From Monocercomonoides exilis PA203 (lineage: Eukaryota; Protista; Preaxostyla): a DNA stretch of 64,000 nt. Position numbers and translations under genes: made by a program. Below are positions 1 through 12,462 of the stretch, piece after piece. The notes beneath the pieces are model-generated. The model did not search any database, was not told the origin of the DNA, and saw only the letters and a list, made by a program, of their open reading frames with translations. Where the stretch lies: NCBI GenBank assembly GCA_001643675.2, contig LSRY02000034.1, positions 310,001 to 374,000 of the forward strand, read 5' to 3'. Each line of letters opens with the position of its first letter. Within the stretch, counting starts at the first letter, position 1.

Positions 1-1529
1 GTATTCTGTACATGTTGCGAGTATTGGATGACGTTAATCTCCTCCATTTCTGAGTCTGCTCCGTCACTCCCATCAAACCTCCTTTGCGCCACAAGCACTG
101 TCAGCGCACCTTCCTCTCCTTCTCTTCCCGGATTATCGACCCTTTGCCTCTCTTTCTTCTTCTTCTTCAGCAGCAATTGTAATTAGCAGATATTGTCAAT
201 TTCGGATTTTTTGTTCTCAAAAATTGAACCAACTTCAGCTAAATATGTTTTGTGACTGGACCAGGAGGAAGATCCATATGTTTCATCTGCATTTGCTGCT
301 TTTTTTTACAACTTCCATCGCTAACAAGCTTGGTCCCATTCTGCTCGTGCTGTCCTATGAAGATAACAATCCACCAGAAATCAAAGCATTTTATATTCCT
401 TCACCTCCTTCGTCTCTCTCTCTTCTGCTTGAAAGAAAGCCATCATCCATTTTTCCTAAATCTCCCGCTTCGCCTCCACAGTCAGCTCATTCTCTGGGAA
501 TCTTTTCATTCATCTTCCGCTTGTCTTTCTCCTTAGTGGATGTCTTCTCAAACATTCGAGTTAGTTCGTTGTGAAAATTCTCCGGAGCTGCAACATGCTT
601 TGCATTCTCTTCTTCTTCTTCTTTTCTTCTTCTTCTTCCTTCCTTTCTGTTATTACCTTTTCCATCATTTTCTTTTCGTGAAGGCATTGGAGGAAGGTTT
701 GTTTTCATCAAAAAACCAGAAATTTGGAAGAGGAAGAAGAAGAAGAAGACAGAAGAAGAAGAAGAATGGAAGACGAAGACGAAGAGGAAGAAGAAGAAGT
801 GAAAGAAGACTTTTTATCATTTTCTTTAAGAAGTTTGTTGGTAATTTTGATTATATCGAAAAGAAGAAGAAAGAAAAGGAGAAGATAAAGATTGCGGAAA
901 ACAGCGGACGAACGGAATGATGTGAAAAGGTTGCTTAATCGTTGTGCTGAGAAAGCAAGCATATAAGGTGATTGTTTTTGAAGATGAGAGACGAAGAATA
1001 GGAAGGCAAAGAGGATGAGGAAGACGATGAAACATATTAACAAAATGAACACATTCTGAATTTTGTGGAGAAAAAGAAGACTGAAAGGAAGAGAAGACGA
1101 CTACGATAAAGACGAAGGAAACGAATATGAAAGAAGAGGAAGAAGAAGAATTATACGAGCAAAAAATGGATTTGAAGACATTTTCAGCAGGAGTAGAATG
1201 CATTGTTGTGGTGCAATCGGAATAAGTCATATTTGAAAATCTCAGCAAACAGGAAAAAGTGAAATCCTCGTGATGCAAAAGAAGAATATTATATCGCATC
1301 AGCGTTGTGGATGAATGAAATGTTGAAGCTTCAAACTGGTGCATGATTGAAATAGTTATATTTCAAATGACTAAGAAGAATAAGAGCATGAAGACTCAAA
1401 TTCTATTTGATATTTGATGTCTGTTATAAGCATCAAATGTTCTATATATTGAAATGCGAACAAAATTGTTGTTCTGTCACTGAACACAATGAATCTCCAT
1501 ATAAAAATTCGATGAAAAAAATGCAGTTT

Positions 1530-2423
1530 CAGATGCATTTCTGAAAGATGAATTATTATTCTTTCATTTTCACTGATATTCTATCTCGGGCTGACAAATT
1601 ATTTATGAAAAAAATCGTATTGGTTGCTATTATTGCAGCTTTTTTAATAGAAATAAAATGAGAATATGGTTCAAACACATTAATTGCTTTGTGCTTTGCT
1701 CACAAAAATATCCACATGAAAATTAATGCATATTTATTTTTGACACAATAAAATACAAAAAATTATAAATACGTTCGATTTTCCTGAAAATATGTGAAAT
1801 TAAAAATCTCGATCACAAAAGTGGTCACTAATTTTTCTTCGGATTTTGCAACAAACAAACATTAAAAGATGTGGGGAAGCTGTCTGCGTGGAAATCTGAG
1901 AAAAAATTAGTGACCACTTTTGTGATCGCCAGTCATTTGGTAAAACACTTTTATTAAGGTTCTCATCAGATTTGATCCGTTGAATGATCGAAACTATAAT
2001 TAAACTGACAATTGAAATGACTGGGGATCACAAAAGTGGTCACTAATTTTTTCTCAGATTTCCACACAGTTCGCTTCCCCACATCTTTTAATGACTGTTT
2101 GTTGCAAAATCTGAAGAAAAATTAGTGACCACTTTTGTGATCGAGATTTTTAATTTCACATATTTTCAGGAAAATCGAACGTATTTATAATTTTTTGTAT
2201 TTTATTGTGTCAAAAATAAATATGCATTAATTTTCATGTGGATATTTTTGTGAGCAAAGCACAAAGCAATTAATGTGTTTGAACCATATTCTCATTTTAT
2301 TTCTATTAAAAAAGCTGCAATAATAGCAACCAATACGATTTTTTTCATAAATAATTTGTCAGCCCGAGATGGAATATCAGTGAAAATGAAAGAATAATAA
2401 TTCATCTTTCAGAAATATGTCTG
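1530..2423. repeat. Foldback element: ~0.4 kb inverted arms around a ~76 bp spacer, each arm containing its own internal inverted repeat
   Basis: 1537-1938 is the near-exact reverse complement of 2015-2416 (e.g. ATTTCTGAAAGATGAATT / AATTCATCTTTCAGAAAT). The motif GATCACAAAAGTGGTCACTAATTTTT occurs 4 times in alternating orientation (starts 1811, ends 1927, starts 2026, ends 2142). Confidence 0.95.
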
Positions 2424-3020
2424 TAAGTGATTCTATTTTAATGAGTATTTCTTTGACTTTATTTTTTATTTCATCATGGTTAATTGGTTTTTTCTCCATT
2501 ATTATTAATTCAATCTATCTTTTTTTTGATTCTCTATTTTGACTTATTATTTCTTTGAATATACTCTGAACTTATCTTCATTGATTTTTAAAATTTATTT
2601 ATAAATTTATTCATCTGACTTTTGGATTTTATTTTTCATGTTTATCGTATATTGATAGCTATTTATCGTGACACAGCGTGCATTGAAGATGGAGAAAAAA
2701 AGATGAAAGCAAATTAACTAAATAATGAAGAAATGAATTTCTTTTTTAATTAAAAAAGATTTTTGGAGAAATAACAGTTCACTTGAAATGAAGTTTAATT
2801 TTTGTTGGATGAAGATGAAGAAAGAGAACATGACAATAGAGTTCAGAAGAATCAGAAGGAAATATATTTTCTGAATGAAATCATAGCAAAGAGAAAAGAA
2901 ACAGGAGCAAAACCATTTGAAAATTGATTCGCATCAGCTAATTAGCATATTCAAAAAGTGAATGAATAAAAAATCAACTTCTTCGTTGGAAGCACTTCTG
3001 TAAATGGCAGAGGAAATGAT

Positions 3021-3602
3021 GTGTTCTTCAGTGGAAGCAGCATAACCCAATCCCCATTTGAGAATTGTGGTTCAACAACTCAAACTAAAAGAGTGTGGAA
3101 TCAAGGAACTGCTGACAATGAAACTTTCAATGGCTGGCTCCCCCTCATTGCCCAGAACAAAATAGTCTCAAATGGTGGAAGTGATGCTGATGTCTGTGGA
3201 AGACCCCAAAAGACCCCATGTGCCGCCATCGAATATGCTCTCAACGGCTTCATTTCCCTCCTCCAAGAAGCATCCCTCACCCCCTTCACCTCAACATTTG
3301 TTCCTCTTCAAGCACTCACCTTCAGTGCGATTGATTCCAAAATCACAGGAAATGACACAGATTCCACCAACATCGCCTCCAGTAGTATTCCTCAACCATC
3401 TTCTTCTTCTTCTTTTTCTTTTTCATCATCATCTTTTTCTTCTGCTGCTGCTAATGCTTTTTCTCAAAAATCTTTTTCCTTTCCCCTCTCGTCCTTCCAT
3501 TCATCTCATTCGTCTTCCCATTCTCGCCTATTCCCTTTTCAGTGGTATGTTTTCAACATCAGAGGAATGTGCGAACATTGCTTCATTTTTTTGCTTGAAT
3601 GA
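3021..3602 (+). pseudogene. Fragment of a large protist repeat/beta-helix-like protein family
   Basis: Motif VSNGGSDADVCGRPQKTPCAAIEYAL resembles FVAVSGGGEEELCGLDESSACRAIGVAV in the 41.9-43.0 kb ORF. No ATG start, and it degenerates into Ser/Phe low complexity. Confidence 0.55.
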
Positions 3603-3898
3603 AGTTCAGTCGCACGACTTCAATGCTTTCATCATCATCTCAAACTTCTCCCCATTTATCGAAAGATTGTTCCATTTCACATTCCTCCTCTTCATCGTTT
3701 TCTTCCTCATATTAATCATAAGCCACTTTTCCAAATAACACATCCACTAAATTATCTTCCTTATCTCCCTCTTCGTTATCATAATTTTCGTCTTTATTTT
3801 CCTCCTCTTTTTCTGCTTCTTCTGCTTCTTCTGCTTCTTCTGCTTCTGCTGCTTCTCCTTCTTCCTCAGTTTCAGCTTCTCCTCCTTCTCCTCCTCCT

Positions 3899-6800
3899 TT
3901 GCTGTCTCCAACACTCAGACCAGACTCATTTCAGCTCTCAAAGAACAAAACAGCAGACTCTCGTATTCATCCTCGTCTGCGCACAGCCAATCTTCCTCGC
4001 TCGCCTCTTTCAACACACACTTCATCTGCTCCATCACCATCCATTTCACCTTCTCCTTTCTCTTCTTTATCATCATCTTCTTCCTCCTCCTCTTTGTCGT
4101 CGTCGTCGTCATCTTCATCATCATCTTCTTCTTCTCTTCCACCTTCTTCTCTTTCTCCCTTGTCCAACTCCACCTCCTTCCAGAAGTTAAGTTCTGCCAA
4201 GAAAATCAAGCGCCTCAAGAAGGATTCGAACCTTCGCCTGCTGTCGAGCCGTGTGTTGCGCCATCTTCGCACTCTTCAGAATGAGCAACTGGAGAAAGAG
4301 CTACTTCAACAACAGCAGCAGCAAATGAGGATGAACCAGCAGATGAGTCAACAGCAGCAGCAGCAGATGAACAGTTTTACTCCAACTGTCAGATTTGAGC
4401 TTCCACCTTCAGATGAGTCTGCTTCAAATGAGACATCAAATGAGGGTAATGGGCAGATGGAGGTGGAAGAGGAAAGACAATTTTCTGTTGGGAATGCAAC
4501 AGCAGATACAATTGACACAGCAAGTGTGAATGAAAGTGGAAGTGTCAATGACAATAGCAATGGAAGTATCAATGTGAATGAGAATATGAGTGAGAATGGC
4601 AGTTATGCTGCTTCTTTATCTCCTTCTCTGTCTCCCTCTGTTTCTCTTCCTCTTTCCTCTTCCCATTCAACATATCTTCCTCATCTTCCCCACTCATCTC
4701 ATCCATCTCAACTAACACTGTCTGCACAAGTTCCTCTTTTATCTCTTAATTCTTCTTCTCCTTCTCTTTCATCCCTTTCCTCCTTTTCTTCTCTCTCTCC
4801 TCTCCCTTCTCTCTCCTCTCCTTCTTCAAGCAGCATCCGAACAAGATCTCTTGCTGCCTCTGACAGACGAGCCGGCTTCTGCAAAGAGCACATCCCAGCG
4901 CCGTTGGAATACGAAGAGCAGCTGTACTCAATCTTCACTCCGCCTTCGTCGCCTGTGAAGAAAGAAGGAAACATGCTTCTCTCTGCGCATTCAGCTGTTT
5001 ATTCTGCTTCTGCTTCTATTTCTTCTTCTCGCCCAATGCTCTCATCTTCATATTCTGTCTCTTTCACTCCTTCGTTCACTCCTTCTGTACCTTCTACCAT
5101 TTCTCCTTCAACTTCCTTTTTTCCTTCTTCTTCTTCTGTCTCTTCCTCTTCTATTACTCCTGTCTCATCCATCTTGCCTATCTCCCCAATCTCCACTCTC
5201 CCTTCTGTCCCTTCTTTTCCTTCTGCTGCCTCTTCTCCTTCTTCTCCTTCTGACTCTGATGCTGACATGCCCCCAAACAACCGCTTCATCCACTCACTCA
5301 GCAAATCTCTGTCTGAAATACTGTCAAAGAAATCAGCAGAAATCACAACCATTTCATCTTCTCGCAATCTTCCTCAGCCAACTAAATCTATTTTGCCTTC
5401 TTCTTCTTCTTCTTCTTCTTCATTTGTTCTCTCTCACACCTCAAGTCTTCCAACGCCCTCCACTTCGATCTATGCCATTCTCTCTCAGCGCTCAGATGAA
5501 GAGCTGCTGTGTCTGATTGAAGCATATCTGGCTGATTCAATGAAGAAGACGAAGAAGCGCATCAAAATGGAATTCAACGAAGAAGAGAGAGAACTGATGG
5601 AGTTGAGAAGAAGCAAGAAAGAACGATTGAAGCAGCTGAGGGCAGTGCGAGCAGCAGAGAAAGCAGAAGAAGAGAGGAAGAGGAGGAAGAGCGAGATGAA
5701 AGCGAAAGAGGAGAAGGAGGCGTTGCAGGCAGAGGCCGAGCGGATGATGAAGAGCAGCACATATGCTGTGCTTAGACAGAAGGCGCTGATTGCACAAATT
5801 GGTAATGACATCCCAAAAGTGCGGAGGATGTTCCCAGCAGCTGCAAAGTGTTTGGAGTGGAACAAAACAAAAGGAATTGAATGGTTGGCTCATGAAAATG
5901 TCACTTACAGAGAATTGGCAAATAATCCGGATTTCCCAACGCTGGGCTTTGGAATAATAATATTACCTTCTGAAGCGCGCAAGAATCCATCATTGTTATT
6001 ATATTCTTCTTCTTCCACAAAACACTCCACCAATCATACAACCTCTCCTCCTTCCAGCACCAACCCCAACACAATTGACAAGAGTGTTTCTATTCTACTT
6101 CGCCGTGCCGAAAGCATCGCCTCCTCCTCTCATTCTGCCTTCGTCTTCCGCTCTGTCGACTTTGTTGTGCTCAAAGTGACCCGCCTCTTCTCCTCTCGCG
6201 CCTTCGTCCTGGCTGCCTCCCTCGGCTTGTCTGGTGCTGAGCTCACTGCCATCTGGAGGCTGTTTGTGTTGTGTGCGTCTTCTGCGCATTCGCTCGTGCT
6301 GCTGCCAAATCAGTCGCTCCACACGCTGTTTGTGGGGTGTGTCTACGTCGTCGCTGCCATCTTCGCACAGACAGTGCTGTCTACATTGTTTGAGCAAGAG
6401 GTGGATGATGTTGATGAACTGATGGAGAAGGAAGAAGGAGATGATGTGATTATCACAAACAACAAAGACACACCAAGATGGATGTATCAGCTGTGTGAGG
6501 GAGAGAAAGAGAAAGAGGAGAGGAAGGATCTGCTGAAGAAGAGGCAGCAGCAGCGGAAGGAGATGCGGAATTCGCAGCTGCTTTCGAACGGTGTTGTGTT
6601 TTCGCAGTGGTGTGAGGCGTTTGTGAGGTATTCGCTTGTTGGGCTGACAACAGACAGGATTCTGCAGCCACGTGCATTTCTGAGCAGTGTCAGTGCAGTG
6701 GATCCATCAAAGAGTTCAGTGGCTGAGCTGATGAAGCAGAAGAAGAAGGAAAAGAAGGAGATGGAGAAGAAACAGAAGATGATGACAATGTTGAATCAGA

Positions 6801-8128
6801 ACAATACAATTTTCAGTGGAAATGGAGTGAGTTCATCTGATTCTCTGATGAATAGCAACATCAATCGTGTCAGCAATGAAGCAGGTTTCAGAGAAAACAA
6901 CAAAAAAGCGAATAAAAGCACAAAAAAGACAAATCCATCCATTCTGACGCTGTCACAGATCATCTCCACATACTGCAGATGCTTCCCTTCTGTCACAAGC
7001 ACATTGGAATCGAATCGATTCAATCAAAATGCAACTGACAGTTCTGAAAAAGCTAACAAAAGTGCTGTTTCTGTTGGCTCTGCCACTCCTCCTCTGACTC
7101 CAACATATTCTCCGCCTTCTTCTCCATCTCTCACTCCTTCAATGTCTTCTTCTTCGTTCTCTCCTTCCTCTTTTCCTTCCTCTCCTTCTTCCTCTTCCTC
7201 TTCTTCCTCTTCTTTTGGAATTCCAACAGCATCTCTTGCTTCTTCTCCTCTTCTTCCGTCTGTCACATCATCTTCCACTTCATCTGAACATTCCAATCAA
7301 ATAAATCACCAACATCATTCATCATCATCTTCTTCTTCCTCCTCCTCTTCCTCCTCCTCCTCCTCTTTCCATTTCTCTTCCCTCCCTCTTTTCCTCCAGC
7401 CCCGTTTCGTTGCCCATTACATCAACACTCTCTTCATTCCTGAGCTCCATCGTGAATTGGACGGCATATCAGCTGCGTTTGAGGCAGAGCTGAGAGATTT
7501 CGAAAAGCAGAGAGCGAATTACGTGGCTGAACAGCAGCGAGTGAAGGACAAAGAGAAGTCAGCTCCAAAAGGCGCACTCAGAAATATGCAGGTCATTCCG
7601 AAATCTTTGCGTTCTTCTTCTTCTTCTTCCTCCTCCTCCTCTTCTGCTTCCTCTTCTTCCTCTTCATCATCATCTTCTTCTTCTCATGAGAATTCAACAG
7701 CACTTGTGCCTCTTTCACATCCATCGACCAATTATTACAACGGAATGAAGCAGAGGAACATTCCTCACCCTCAGCTGATGCCTCCTCCTGGTTCATCATC
7801 TTCTTCTGCTTCTTCTTCAACTTCTTCTGTTTCTTTTCGTTCTCGTTTATCTTCCTCTTCTTTAACTTCTTCTTCTTCTTCTCATTTCTCCTCTCTTTCT
7901 TCCACCGCCTCTCGTCTTTTGGGCAAGTCTTCTTTGAATTCTCGTCTTTCCATTGTTCCCTCGCACTCCAGGCGCTCCAGCAAGCATCAAGCACATCCTC
8001 CACTTAGCCCTCTCACTCGCACACAGACACAGCCACAAACACAGACACAAAAGATGAACATCAACAACTTGCTGAGAAGTGCTAATGATGAGGTGAAAAT
8101 GGAGAAAGAGAGAGAGAAAGAAAGAGAA

Positions 8129-8180
<52 letters not shown>

Positions 8181-9586
8181 GTGGTGGTGGAAGTGGAAGT
8201 GGAAGTGGAATGGGAATGGCTCAGTTGAATGAAGCGCCGAGTGTTCTGTCTCAAACAGTGAAGCAGATGAAGAAAGAGATGATTGAGATAAGCAAAGGAG
8301 ATGTTGTGAAAAGAGAAGAAGACATGATCGGTGAGGACGGAGACAAGGGAAAAATAACACCAACAAATTCAACAGAAATGACATCAGATGCTTCTGCTCC
8401 TTCATCAGAAGCATCAACTGTGATGTCATTTTCAATAACTTCTTCTTCTGCTGCTTCTGCTGCTTCAAATACTTCTTTTCCTCCTGCAACTTCATCATCC
8501 ATTCCATCAAAGCAATTGCCTTCTCCCCGTTCTCCTTCAAAGAGAAGAAAGGGCATTCCATCTTCTTCGTCTTCCTCTTCCTCTTCCTCCGCCTCTCCTT
8601 CTCCTTCTCCTTCTCCTTCCTCTTCTCCCTCATCTTCACCCTATCCTTCCTCCACCCCCAGTTCCCCTCTGCCCCCTCATCCCTCATCTCCCCTTCGCCA
8701 TCAGCTGTCTGCCTCAGACATCGTCGAAGGGAAAAGGCAAGTGCATGCACCGAAGATGTTAGACCTCGACTTCCGAAAGCCACACAGGGGAAAGCCAAAA
8801 AGAGGGAAGAAGACGATTGGGAAAGAGAATTCATTGTTTGCAGCGAGAGAGGCGAGGGAAGAAGGAGAAGAGAGAGAGGAGAGAGAAGAAAGAGGAGGAA
8901 ATGGAATGGATAGCAATGGTGAAGGTGTAAGTGAAGGTGTGTCATCAGATAGAGACAAGATGGATGAAAGTGACTCACTTGGATTTCTGAGTGAAGACGG
9001 AGAGTCTGCAAAGGAAGGGAAGAAAGAAGAAGAGGAAGAAGAGAATGAGAAGAAGAAAGAAGGAAATGAAAATGTAAATGACAATGAAGATGTTAACAAC
9101 ACAGTGAGTGATTCAAACAAAGTCAGTGAAGAACAACAAACTTACACAAAAGAGGAAGAAGGAAGCTCAAATTCACTCAATCTTCAGTCTTCTTCTTCTT
9201 CTTCTGCTTCTTCTGCTTCTTCTTCCACCTCTGCATCGTTAAGTGCTGGCTTTCCAACTGCCTCTTTCCCTATATCTAATGCTCAAGCCAAGAATCCCTC
9301 TTCATCATCATCATCTTCTTCTTCTGTTTCACTGCTGAGCATTCCATCAACTGCATTTGGAAGAGCACTCAAAAGAAGCGGCGGGAGAAAAGCGCTTGCT
9401 GCCTTCAAGCGAACAGTTCGAATGAAGACGCACACAGGCTCAAGAATTGCTCCACCCGAGTTCAAATCAGAAGTGCTGGGACTGACAAACAAGATGGGTG
9501 GAAGCAGCAGGGGAAGAAGAGTGAAGGATGTGCAAATGCAAATGCAACAGCGCAGAATACGAGGCGTTTGGAATCAACTGTTGTAA
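3899..9586 (+). CDS. RBR: Divergent retinoblastoma-related pocket protein (B box split by long low-complexity inserts); probably 5'-incomplete
   Basis: 1895-aa ORF, open from 3785. SVDFVVLKVTRLFSSRAFVLAASLGLSGAELTAIWRLF...LHTLFVGCVYVV (~6150-6365), LTLSQIISTYCRCFP (~6945-6990) and FVAHYINTLFIPEL (~7405-7450) follow the Rb B-box pattern (KVYRLAYLRL..L..IWTLF..HLDQ..C..Y / LKFKIIVTAY..P / IIVFYNSVFM) in order. SRVLRHLRTLQNEQLEKEL (~4250-4305) resembles the end of the A box. Many S/T-P sites. Confidence 0.72.
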
Positions 9587-9599
9587 CATTGGCGAGCAA

Positions 9600-12462
9600 G
9601 AGGATAGTTTTGAAACAAAGAGAAGGAGAAGGAAAAGGAAAAGGAGAGAGAAAAGGAAAAGGAGAAAGAGAAAGAGAAGGGAAGAATAATTTATGCGTTT
9701 AAAGAGCTTCTTCCAGATGAATAGGAGTTTGGAAGACAAAGAGGAGCAAAGCGGAGATAGAAAGCGAGCGTGAAAGGGAAAGGAAAAGCGAAAGGAAAAG
9801 CATTCCTATCAAAGACAAGTCCGACGATGAGTTCGTATGATGTACTGAGTGAGATGCTTTCGAGAGAGCTGGAGCTGCTACATGTGGTAGATGGCAGCAT
9901 CACATTTGACTCTTCTGTGTCTGACACGAGTGAGACAAGTGGAAGAAGTGACAGAAACATTGATGGAAATGAATATGACGAGGAAGTTTTTGATGAGGAT
10001 GAGGAGGAGGAAGAAGATGAAGACATGGAGTAAGACAGGATTCTCAGTGCAAAGATATTTTTGACAAGTACACGGTCCATTCGGCAGACACTGGAAAAGA
10101 GCAGATCTGTATTTGAATATGACACCTCGAACACATGCAACTCAGCAAAAATGAGAGAAAACAGCTCAGTAGAAGCAACAATTTAAAGCAGCTGAGATGA
10201 AAGAGAGGCAGAAGAAGGAGGCACTTACGAAGAAGAAGAAGAACATACTGAAGCTGACACATGGAAGTATTATTCCTCTTATCAAGCCAGTCTTCCTTCT
10301 GCTGCCTTCAAATCTCGTTCAGGAAGAGGAAATCAAGGCAAAGACGCTCAAAAGAAAGATCTGGCCGAGAGGGAAAGGGAAGAACATGTTCTATTTGTTC
10401 GAGATGAAGGGATGAAAGAGTGAGTGAACGGAGCAGGCGCAGCAGACACTGAAGAAGCAGAAGAAGACAGTGAAGATGATGACAATGACGATAGCGATTG
10501 TTGTGACGATAGTAATGATGAAGATAATTTGGATATAGCACGATCTGCTGACACATCAAATGCAGATGAAACAGATATGACGACAGAAAGAGAAGAAGAC
10601 TGAAGCACACTCCCTGCCCTGCACTTCCCTCTCAAGCATCGAAAGACGCTTTCATCGATATCCCAAAAGAGCAATCAGAAGAAGTCGCATGTCACTTTCT
10701 CACACACCTTAACCATCGTCTGCGGAGAGCTCAGTCCAACCCATCTGCAGTTCACCTTTCCTTCACCCAAGTCTGCAAAGGAAAATGGAGAGAAAGAAGA
10801 AGACGAGAACTCAATTGGCTCAGAAGGCAGCAGAGAAGCCAGACAGCACCCGCCAGAAGACACAGCAATCACAGCTTGGCGGCTGTTTCTGTGTCACGAA
10901 GACATCTTGTCTTGTCTGCCATCAGAGCAGCACTCGGCAGAGCAACACAGACACACCTCAGAGCAGCTGCAGCGAATGGGTTTGCAACGGTGTCTTCTTC
11001 CTCCTCCTCCTCCTCAGCTGGTCTGTCTAACCAGACAGGTTATGCAAATATCAATGCCAATGGAAGTGATGGTGGAGGAGTGGATGACTTTGGGATTATC
11101 ATTCTGTTTGGGAGGAAATGCAGACTGAAGACAGGGCTGGAGAAACTGTTTTGTGGTCGATGCAGCAGGTTGGGAAGAATGAAGGCGCTGCTTTGCTCCA
11201 CTCACTCGGAAACGCGCTGTCTCATCTTTTCAACCAGCTTTGGCCACCTCAGCTCCAAAGTTCACAACCATTCCTTCTTCGCATGCTGGTGAAACAGGGA
11301 AAGTATTGGCAAATGATGCGAACTCGTTTCTGAGCCTGTTGTGTGGAACGAGGCTGTTCAGCTTGGGAGGAGAAGATACTGTGAGAGATGCACAACTGGT
11401 GGAGAACATGAGAAAGGAGATGAATGTGTGGAGAGGAGAAGGAAGGACAGCTGTTGAAGGAGGGGACGAGGCAAGAGGCACAGTTGAGCTGTTCTGAGAA
11501 GAGAGGGGAATCTTCAGCACTATTCCTGATGTGCAGAACAAGATCAATAGAAAGAATGATGAACATAATTTCTCTTTGAATGCAGTGGAAAGAGAGTCAT
11601 ATGCAATCAATGCGAATATTCTGCTTGACCCGCTTTTGTTTGCTTCGTCTGTCTTTTTCGAAGACCAACAACTTATGCTGTCTGCCTCAGAAAATACAAT
11701 TTTAGTTCCTCCTCAAAGAACTACATATGTCCCATCCATCGGAGAAACTCTGCTCGAACTGACAAATCCATCTTTTCAGGTTGTTCCGCTGTGCATTGAG
11801 TATCCACAGAAAGGGGAGCAGCATTCGATTCTGCCTTCTTCTCTCGAGTTTTCATGAGCGCTTCTTGTCAACGTGTGTCCTCTCCATCTTTCTCATCCAC
11901 TCACTTCTATCGTCCGCACTCTGCTTTCAAAGATGCTTTCAGTGTCTTTCACTTCATCTTCCGTGTTCTCCATCCCTTCTTTATTCACCTCCTTCGTCAC
12001 TTCTTTGAAAATTCTCAGTCCACATCATCCTCCATCACAACACCTGCCATCATCTCATTCTCCACGCAGCCCCTCGGACCTTCTGCCGCGTTGTCCAATC
12101 GCCTGCTGCTTTGTCTGCTGGCCACGCGCACTGCACTCACTGCTGTTGCAACCGCTGCTCACAGGCTGATGGTGAAGAAGGACTTGCTCCACAAAATATC
12201 AGCCATATTCGAGACACACCATGTTCAGAAACCTTCTTCTTCTCCTTCGATGTTCATTTCTGCCTCTCTCATCCAGCGATTGGAGGTTGTTGGCGCTGCA
12301 TTCGCACAAGCCACACCTTCCGCTTTTGCTTCTGTCCAGCAAACATCTGAGTCTCAGTCAACTTTATTGGCATCGAATATAACAACAGATGCACTGGACC
12401 TGAGTGGATCTTCAAATTCTGCTGCTGATGAAGCTAATACAACTTCTGTTGGCATGCGATAA
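9600..12462 (+). pseudogene. Decayed host-like coding sequence(s), product unknown
   Basis: Coding-like composition and acidic tracts broken into short ORFs by in-frame stops and frameshifts (e.g. 9770-10033, 11240-11497, 11531-11857, 11854-12462). Confidence 0.4.

Noticed and set aside
1811-2142. CRISPR-like array (26 bp repeats with spacers)
   Set aside because: Repeats alternate in orientation, two spacers are reverse complements of each other, there are no cas genes, and the context is eukaryotic.
3915-9492. Many antisense and alternate-frame ORFs over the Rb-like gene
   Set aside because: Shadows of low-complexity TCT/GAA-rich coding sequence.
3899-9586. Genome-wide TAA/TAG = Gln code
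   Set aside because: This 5.7 kb ORF encodes its many Gln with CAA/CAG and has no internal TAR. The pseudogenes also contain TGA at Cys/Arg-like positions.
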